Shown here in pieces: positions 25,032 to 32,000 of a DNA stretch of 32,000 nt (position 1 is its first letter; each line of letters opens with the position of its first letter). Position numbers and translations under genes: made by a program. The stretch lies in assembly GCF_001481685.1 (NCBI RefSeq), contig NZ_CP006867.1, forward strand, positions 510,001 through 542,000, given 5' to 3'. Below the pieces are notes generated by a model. It saw only the letters and a list, made by a program, of their open reading frames with translations, had not been told where the DNA came from and searched no databases. The DNA is from Ignicoccus islandicus DSM 13165. Its GTDB lineage: Archaea > Thermoproteota > Thermoprotei_A > Sulfolobales > Ignicoccaceae.

Positions 25032-25445
25032 TTGGCTATCATGCTAAACGCTTTAGGACATCCGGCCAGACTAGCGTTAGCGTTATACCTACTTAGGTCG
25101 AAGAAAGGCGTAGTTTGGGAAGCGTTAAGAAACGCGCTCAAAGAGAACGGTTTGGAAACAGATTTCGATAAACTAAACTATCATCTTTCTATACTTATAA
25201 AGAGTGGTGTTGTAACTAAGGTCAAAGTGGAAGAAGGCATATGGGTATACAAGCTTTCGAGAGATGCGCGAGCATTGGTAAGGACCATCAGAAATAAGGT
25301 ACTCCTCAAAAACTCCTCCTCCATATCCGGTAACGAGGGTAGTAGGAGTGCCGAGGGAACAGATAGAGGCAAGATTCATATCGAACGCAGAAGCATTAGA
25401 GATACTAGAAAAGAGATGGAAGGAATTGGGACCCGAGGTCTCTAA
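25032..25445 (+). CDS. ArsR/SmtB-like winged-helix regulator
   Basis: LNALGHPARLALALYLL...LNYHLSILIKSGVVTKV...WVYKLS is an ArsR-type wHTH. The likely start is ATG 25041. The last ~33 codons overlap rpoF in another frame. Confidence 0.55.
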   Translation: MAIMLNALGHPARLALALYLLRSKKGVVWEALRNALKENGLETDFDKLNYHLSILIKSGVVTKVKVEEGIWVYKLSRDARALVRTIRNKVLLKNSSSISGNEGSRSAEGTDRGKIHIERRSIRDTRKEMEGIGTRGL

Positions 25446-25707
25446 GCTTGAATATAGACCACTAGATAGCGCGGTTAGGATCCTGAGGGAGTTCGTTAAG
25501 TGTTCAGTTGATAAAGTTAGGGAACTAGACGAATTTCTAAAGAATCTCAACTTAGAAGAAGAGGTAAGGGTGGTTATCGAGAACATTTGTCCCACGAACA
25601 AGGGCTTATTGAGAGTTCTACTGGACATTTCATCAGATGTTGAACTAACCGAAGAGGAGCTAGATCTGATAGTTGAAAAAGTAAAAGAGCTGCTTGGAGA
25701 AGAGTGA
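25348..25707 (+). CDS. rpoF: DNA-directed RNA polymerase subunit Rpo4/F
   Basis: 119 aa with a GTG start. FISNAEALEILEKR near the N-terminus and IENICPTNKGLLRVLL (compare Sulfolobus Rpo4 ...ASICPTTSDEVRSIL...), plus an acidic C-terminus. Confidence 0.7.
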   Translation: MPREQIEARFISNAEALEILEKRWKELGPEVSKLEYRPLDSAVRILREFVKCSVDKVRELDEFLKNLNLEEEVRVVIENICPTNKGLLRVLLDISSDVELTEEELDLIVEKVKELLGEE

Positions 25708-25712
25708 GTTAT

Positions 25713-26318
25713 TTAGTCTTCGAAGAGCTCCTCTTCGCTCAGATCTTCCTCGTCCATTTTCCTAATGCATTCCAATTCCTCTAGTTTCTTATAGACCCTA
25801 TCAACCGCCTTTTTCACTTCTTCCTCTCTCTTGGCTCCAGTTATAACCATCTTGCCAGATGAGAACAGAAGTAGGACTACTCTGGGTTCGTCGAGTCTAT
25901 ATATAAGGCCCGGGAATTGTTCTGGTTCATACATACTATTTTCGAGGAGATACGCCGCTTTCTCTAAGTCGACTTGAACGTTCAAGTTAGCGGAAGCAAC
26001 TATGTTTTGAATCTGAATCCTAGGTCTAGCCTTCTCAATTATACCCTCGCGTTTCAATATCGCGAAGATCGTTTTTACTGCTCTAATTAGCTCCTCCGTG
26101 CTCTTGGCTCCAGTTATAACCATCTTACCGGACTTGAAAATCAGGGCAGTGACCCTGGGTTGCTCTAATCTAAATATCAGACCGGGAAATTGTTCTGGTT
26201 CATACTCAACGTTATTGAGCCTCCTTTCTATTTCTTCTAGGTCTATCCTTTGATCTATGGATACCGTTGCTACTATGTTTTCGATTTTAATAATAGGTTT
26301 CGGAGAAGCTGAGGACAA
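25713..26318 (-). CDS. tbp: TATA-box binding protein
   Basis: 201 aa with a TTG start. Two TBP repeats: IENIVATVS...[35 protein letters not shown] and IQNIVASAN...[35 protein letters not shown]. Acidic tail. Confidence 0.97.
   Translation of the reverse strand: MSSASPKPIIKIENIVATVSIDQRIDLEEIERRLNNVEYEPEQFPGLIFRLEQPRVTALIFKSGKMVITGAKSTEELIRAVKTIFAILKREGIIEKARPRIQIQNIVASANLNVQVDLEKAAYLLENSMYEPEQFPGLIYRLDEPRVVLLLFSSGKMVITGAKREEEVKKAVDRVYKKLEELECIRKMDEEDLSEEELFED
25828..26126. repeat. Intragenic direct repeat inside tbp
   Basis: ctcttggctccagttataaccatctt occurs exactly at 25828-25853 and 26101-26126. A second 18-nt exact match lies at 25915-25932 and 26188-26205. Both pairs are 273 nt (91 codons) apart. 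Confidence 0.9.
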
Positions 26319-26382
26319 TATTCTTAACCCTCTTTAAAAAGGGGGATTTCACTTAAAAAGTTGGCGTTATTTAATACCTAAT

Positions 26383-27459
26383 TTAATACCGCGTAAGGAT
26401 GCGAAATCCTTCATTTAAAAATGGGCATAATGGATCACCTTCTAATGTCCCTCTCTCCGTTAAGGCTCTCGCATAACACCCGCCCAAACATTCATTAAAG
26501 AACGGGCACTTGGAACATAAGTGACCCCTGGGCCTCTTGATCTCTCTTACTAGCGGGTGATTCAAGTAATTTAACCAAACCTCTTTGAAACTCGATTTCG
26601 TAACCTTTCCCAATCTGAAATCAAGCACGTCACATAGCATAACGGAACCGTCTGGTCCTATGTCAATCGTATTTTGTTTCCTACAGTTACCAGCATGAAA
26701 GCGTTTGTTCCGTACGATAAATCTCGACCAAGGCGCACACCAAGCTCCGCCTCGAATTTCGTACAGTGTAAGTAGATAGTTCATTTGATGAAGTGAAAGA
26801 AGGAAGTTCTTCCAATCTATATGTAGCTTAGTTTCCCTAGCCATACCGAACGGCATTGTAGGGATAATGATGAATTCGCTTGCACCTAGCTTGTATGCCA
26901 GTTCACCGACTTCTATCACTTTATTATAATTTAGGGGATTGATTGCCATAATTATGGCAAATTCCACGCCATGTTTCTTCAAGTTATTAATACCCCTGAG
27001 AACAGCGTTCCACGTTCCAGCTCCTCTTATTTGTTCATGAATGTGTTTAGGCCCGTCTATACTAACGTACACGTAAACCCCGCGGAGCTTCCTCGCTGTC
27101 TCCTCGGTGATAGCAGTGCCATTCGAAACCACGCTCGGATAAACCTTCTTGTCCAAAAGATCTTTGAATATTTCGAACAACCACTTCTTATAGATTAGTA
27201 CTTCGCCACCGCTGAAGTTTACCCATCTCAAACCCATTTCAATAGCTTCGTTCAATACCCTCGAAACAACCTCCTTGTCGACTTCCGGACCCCATTTAGT
27301 GAAGCGAGAAGCGTAACAATGGAGGCAATTAAGGTTACACTTACCAGTTAGTATCCATATTATGCCCGTAGGACCTTTCAATGTAAGTACCCCATTTAAT
27401 CCACTATGATCTAACGCCCAACAGAAGTAACGAAGAACTAGCTGGAAATTTCCAACCAA
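26383..27459 (-). CDS. Radical SAM enzyme with a C-terminal SPASM domain
   Basis: 358 aa with a TTG start. CNLNCLHCY is the CxxxCxxC radical-SAM motif. The C-terminus carries GPDGSVMLC and CSKCPFFNECLGGC (Cx2Cx5Cx3C) plus a trailing Cys, which is the SPASM auxiliary-cluster pattern. Confidence 0.85.
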   Translation of the reverse strand: MVGNFQLVLRYFCWALDHSGLNGVLTLKGPTGIIWILTGKCNLNCLHCYASRFTKWGPEVDKEVVSRVLNEAIEMGLRWVNFSGGEVLIYKKWLFEIFKDLLDKKVYPSVVSNGTAITEETARKLRGVYVYVSIDGPKHIHEQIRGAGTWNAVLRGINNLKKHGVEFAIIMAINPLNYNKVIEVGELAYKLGASEFIIIPTMPFGMARETKLHIDWKNFLLSLHQMNYLLTLYEIRGGAWCAPWSRFIVRNKRFHAGNCRKQNTIDIGPDGSVMLCDVLDFRLGKVTKSSFKEVWLNYLNHPLVREIKRPRGHLCSKCPFFNECLGGCYARALTERGTLEGDPLCPFLNEGFRILTRY

Positions 27460-27510
27460 TCGTGAGCAAAGAAAGGACGAAAGCTAAATTGAGACAATAT
27501 CAACAGAGTA

Positions 27511-27560
27511 GGGTCGCCGAGGTGTCGGATGCGAACCTCTCGCCATCCCGGGCCCTCCGG
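27511..27560 (-). other. 3' arm of the pre-16S processing stem, including half of a bulge-helix-bulge motif
   Basis: 27511-27533 is perfectly complementary to 29143-29165 (23 bp). 27547-27560 is perfectly complementary to 29117-29130 (14 bp). Confidence 0.85.
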
Positions 27561-27588
27561 CACTTCCCCCGGAGGACCGCTCTAAGCT

Positions 27589-29085
<1,497 letters not shown>

Positions 29086-29116
29086 CCACGGCCGCAACGG
29101 CCTGAGGGGGCGGGTG

Positions 29117-29165
29117 CCGGAGGGCCCGGGTCTTAGCGGGCTCGCATCCGACACCTCGGCGACCC
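29117..29165 (-). other. 5' arm of the pre-16S processing stem
   Basis: Complement of 27511-27560 as described for the 3' arm. A further 9-bp leader hairpin, gggccggac-ctct-gtccggccc, lies at 29170-29191. Confidence 0.85.
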
Positions 29166-29285
29166 TGTCGGGCCGGACCTCTGTCCGGCCCCCATTTTTC
29201 CCGTGAGCGTGCTTCTTCGCCGCGTGCCGGGTTTCTCCCCGGCGCCCCGCGGCGCTCTCCGTGTTTTCCAGTAGGGGCGTGGGGG

Positions 29286-29295
29286 TTATAAAATT
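29286..29295 (-). promoter_or_regulatory. Probable 16S rRNA promoter TATA box
   Basis: Minus strand reads AATTTTATAA, followed at once by the GC-rich leader (CCCCCACGCCCC...). About 80 nt of AT-rich DNA lies upstream. The predicted start is near 29262-29266, giving a leader of about 180 nt. Confidence 0.6.
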
Positions 29296-29551
29296 AACTA
29301 CAAGATATTTAACGAATATTATCTTTAGAGATTAAGTAACGATATATGAGATATAAGAGAAACATGTGGCTCGGTGTAGGCTAGGGGTTCTTCACCCTTC
29401 TGGTCCGGCCTGGTACTCTTCATCGCCACTGAGGGGAGGTATGTTCTAGGTACTGATAAAGGGCTTGAATATTGAATATAAGAAAGGATCTAGCGTACCA
29501 GGATTAGACACTAGAATAAGTTCTAGGGAAGGCAAGTGGAAAAGTTGAGAG

Positions 29552-31543
29552 CTACATTGGTTTACCGTCTTCGAGGCTGTATACAGCCAACTTACCTTTA
29601 CCTAAGTCTTCTCCATAATGAGTCCTCATGCCGAACTCCTTCTGACGGAATGGGTTCCAGTTACTCACTGGCCGGTAGTAGCCAATTATCCTACTCCATA
29701 TCTCAGTCTTGGCGCCGCATCTAGGACACCTAGTATAGAGGCCTACCGTTTTGTGCCCGTTCTCACATACGCTTATCGCGGGCGTGTAGCTCCAATATAC
29801 GACACCAGCGTCCATTATTTTCTGCGTGAGTTTAGCTAGCGCTTCTGGATCCGGTTGCTCGCCTAGGAATATGTGCATCATAACACCGCCAGTGAACCTT
29901 TGTTGGACCTTTCCTTCCCATCTTATTCTCTGCCATAGAGTTATTCCGTGATCGTAGTAGGGAACCACGCTAGTAGAGTACATGTCTACTCCTTCAGGAA
30001 CGTACTCCCTGACTTCCGGGTAGTGCTTTAAGTCGTTCATGAAGAGCTTCGCTGCCGCTGTTTCACCTGGTACTTCCTCAACGTTGAATGGTTCACCCAT
30101 TTCAACGGTAAGCCTCGAAGCAATATCTGCCATCCTCTTTATCATTTCATCTTCTAGTTGAATAGCCTTCTCTTTAGTACCAACGTCCTCGCTCGTCCAG
30201 ACCTCGGGGTCACCTAGCAAGATGGCTGCTGCTTCGGGCATGCCTATTGCACCAATGGTATTGAAGTGCGTCTTAGTCCACTCGGGGCTGTATTCCCAGA
30301 CCATGCTGTAGAAGTTTCTGTAGTTCTTCATCAGCCTCAAGTAGTGAGCTCTCCACCAGCTAAGCCATTTAGCAACTAACTCTACTCTTTCTTCAAGGAT
30401 GTTGAAGAACGTATCAACGTCTCCCCTTGCATCGAGGGCGATTCTAGGTAGGTTAACCGTGACGACGCCTATACTACCAGTTATGTCTGGAATTGCCCAC
30501 ATCCCACCGAGTCTGCCCTTTGCTAGCCTTTCGAGCTCTTCTTTCCTCTGATCTTCTAAGCTCTTTAAGCGGAGGCCGCCGAGCAATGCCTTGTTAACGT
30601 CGTCCTTCTTGACTACATATCTACAGCACATTGCGAAGGCTGAATCTGGATCAATCACCTTTGTGTTTAGCCAGTAGTAGCTTCCCATCTTAGCTGCCGT
30701 TCCGAATATTGCATCGAAGAGCTCGGCGTCATTATAGAAGTCCTTGGCAGTGGGCATCAAAGTAGGAATGGGGAAGGTGAACGGTTGCCTCTGAGCGTCC
30801 CCTCTTTGAAGTACCTTACCTAGTTGTATTAACCACCTCCTAGCTTCGTCTAGGTAGTCGCCTAGAAGATCGCCGGTGGAGGCGCCTCCATTTACAGCTG
30901 GTTGATCTAACATATACTTACTCTCGGTATACGTCACAGTGATGTTAGTGAAAGGCGTTTGCATTCCTGGCCTCCATGGCAAGTTAAGTTCGTAATATAA
31001 GGTCTGAATACCTTGTCTTATCTCCTCATCGCTGAGGTGTTCCTTTGCTATGAAGGGAGCGACCCAAAGTTCTAAACTTCCATACGCTTGAGCACCTGTC
31101 CAGTATTGTTGCATCATGGCAAGGAAGTTAGCCGCATGGGCCATCGCAACTTGGTAATGCCTAGCGGGACCCGCAACTATAGTAGGGGTCTTGAGTCCCT
31201 TCTTTAACACTCTCGAATAGTCGTTACCGTTACAGTAGGGGAGGAATACGCTTTGCGGTAGCTTGTGAACATATACTATACCCTCCTTATGTGCAGAAAT
31301 CATGTCCTTTGGCATGACTTCCTCAACGACGCTCTCCCATAGATACCTCTCAGCAGCCTCGAGAAGCAACTTGTTTGGACCTTGGTACTCGTTGCTGTTT
31401 ACGCTTCTCCCCATGAGGTCCTCTAAAGTTGTGCTAGGCTGCTTAGAGTTAGTGAAGCCCAATTGCGTTAGGTGATCGCCTTTCTTCTTAGGTATTTGCA
31501 TCCTCATACCCGATTCCCAATACTTACTAGCACTATGCTCCAT
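29552..31543 (-). CDS. nrdD: Anaerobic (class III) ribonucleoside-triphosphate reductase
   Basis: 663 aa. The C-terminus has a Zn-site-like segment CENGH...CPRCG followed by the glycyl-radical motif RIIGYYRPVSNWNPFRQKEFGMR. Confidence 0.85.
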   Translation of the reverse strand: MEHSASKYWESGMRMQIPKKKGDHLTQLGFTNSKQPSTTLEDLMGRSVNSNEYQGPNKLLLEAAERYLWESVVEEVMPKDMISAHKEGIVYVHKLPQSVFLPYCNGNDYSRVLKKGLKTPTIVAGPARHYQVAMAHAANFLAMMQQYWTGAQAYGSLELWVAPFIAKEHLSDEEIRQGIQTLYYELNLPWRPGMQTPFTNITVTYTESKYMLDQPAVNGGASTGDLLGDYLDEARRWLIQLGKVLQRGDAQRQPFTFPIPTLMPTAKDFYNDAELFDAIFGTAAKMGSYYWLNTKVIDPDSAFAMCCRYVVKKDDVNKALLGGLRLKSLEDQRKEELERLAKGRLGGMWAIPDITGSIGVVTVNLPRIALDARGDVDTFFNILEERVELVAKWLSWWRAHYLRLMKNYRNFYSMVWEYSPEWTKTHFNTIGAIGMPEAAAILLGDPEVWTSEDVGTKEKAIQLEDEMIKRMADIASRLTVEMGEPFNVEEVPGETAAAKLFMNDLKHYPEVREYVPEGVDMYSTSVVPYYDHGITLWQRIRWEGKVQQRFTGGVMMHIFLGEQPDPEALAKLTQKIMDAGVVYWSYTPAISVCENGHKTVGLYTRCPRCGAKTEIWSRIIGYYRPVSNWNPFRQKEFGMRTHYGEDLGKGKLAVYSLEDGKPM

Positions 31544-31692
31544 TTTCAGAGGGGTCGTCGTATTATCGGAATATTACTAGGTGACACAAATGTAAGACCG
31601 CGTATTCGACTTTATATCCAAGTTTTGTAAGGAGAATTCGTTCAGTTCACTTTCACCAAACTCTCTAGCTTTAAGAGGTATCAATCGAAGTA

Positions 31693-32000
31693 TCAATCAC
31701 CGAAGAGCGTCTCGCGAAATTGCTTTAGATCGTTTATCTCCTCAAGTATCATTTCTTGGGGAACGTTAACGCGTCCTTTCAGACTCATTTTTAGAAGTTC
31801 CTCTAAGATCTCCTTCTCGTCTTCAATGCCTACGAGCCTATAGTACTTCCTTAGTAACTCGAAATCTTCCCCTTCGCCCTCATTCATCTCTCTAAGAGAC
31901 CTCCTTAGTTCCCTTAAACGAGTTAGGATTTCAATTATTCTATTGTCTATCCCATCATCGCTTGGCAACTCCTTCAGCATTTCTATTATATCTTGGAGCT
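31693..32000 (-). CDS. Hypothetical acidic, helical protein; possibly truncated by the right window edge
   Basis: The track gives 31693-31980 (95 aa, E/L/R-rich). The frame stays open upstream of that ATG to base 32000, so the true start may lie outside the window. Confidence 0.35.
   Translation of the reverse strand, partial: LQDIIEMLKELPSDDGIDNRIIEILTRLRELRRSLREMNEGEGEDFELLRKYYRLVGIEDEKEILEELLKMSLKGRVNVPQEMILEEINDLKQFRETLFGD

Noticed and set aside
26383-27459. Radical SAM gene considered as the missing NrdG activase for nrdD
   Set aside because: Its 358-aa length and full SPASM Cx2Cx5Cx3C auxiliary-cluster domain are not features of NrdG-type activases. The two genes are also separated by an rRNA gene with its own promoter.
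29366-29428. A 7-nt loop (TTCTTCA) on a 5-bp stem, closed by GTGGC...GCCAC, considered as a tRNA-Lys(CUU)-like element
   Set aside because: The span is only about 63 nt, with no D or T arms and a pyrimidine at position 37. It is kept only as part of the unexplained GC-rich island.

Overview
This is a densely packed core-genome window from an AT-rich hyperthermophilic archaeon, most likely a crenarchaeote. Supporting markers are a Sulfolobus-type single-OB SSB, TBP, TFB, Rpo4/F, Gar1, SRP19, S8e, S10, archaeal GlyRS and a B-family DNA polymerase. A 16S rRNA gene is about two-thirds G+C by eye, against roughly 40% in the coding DNA. I count about 45 protein genes on both strands, several joined by 4-nt ATGA overlaps. 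I saw no CRISPR array, transposase, integrase, tRNA, 23S or 5S gene. Points worth a second look:
1. The 16S gene (27589-29085, minus) stands alone. It has its own promoter and a bulge-helix-bulge processing stem, and a radical-SAM/SPASM gene starts 129 nt downstream where a 23S gene would normally sit.
2. A single-domain AAA ATPase with an unrecognisable ~250-aa N-domain is paired with a 64-aa C2H2-like zinc-finger protein (13226-14926).
3. A four-CBS protein is ATGA-coupled to a Mut7-C/PIN-like RNase (10871-12135).
4. An MptE-like pterin kinase, a DmrX-like Fe-S flavoprotein and an unknown ORF form an overlapping cluster (14963-16741).
5. A candidate box C/D sRNA lies at 2648-2706.
6. A DUF371-like ORF has no canonical start codon (22683-23129).
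All functional calls rest on motif recognition by eye. No database search was possible, and none of the candidate systems is demonstrated.
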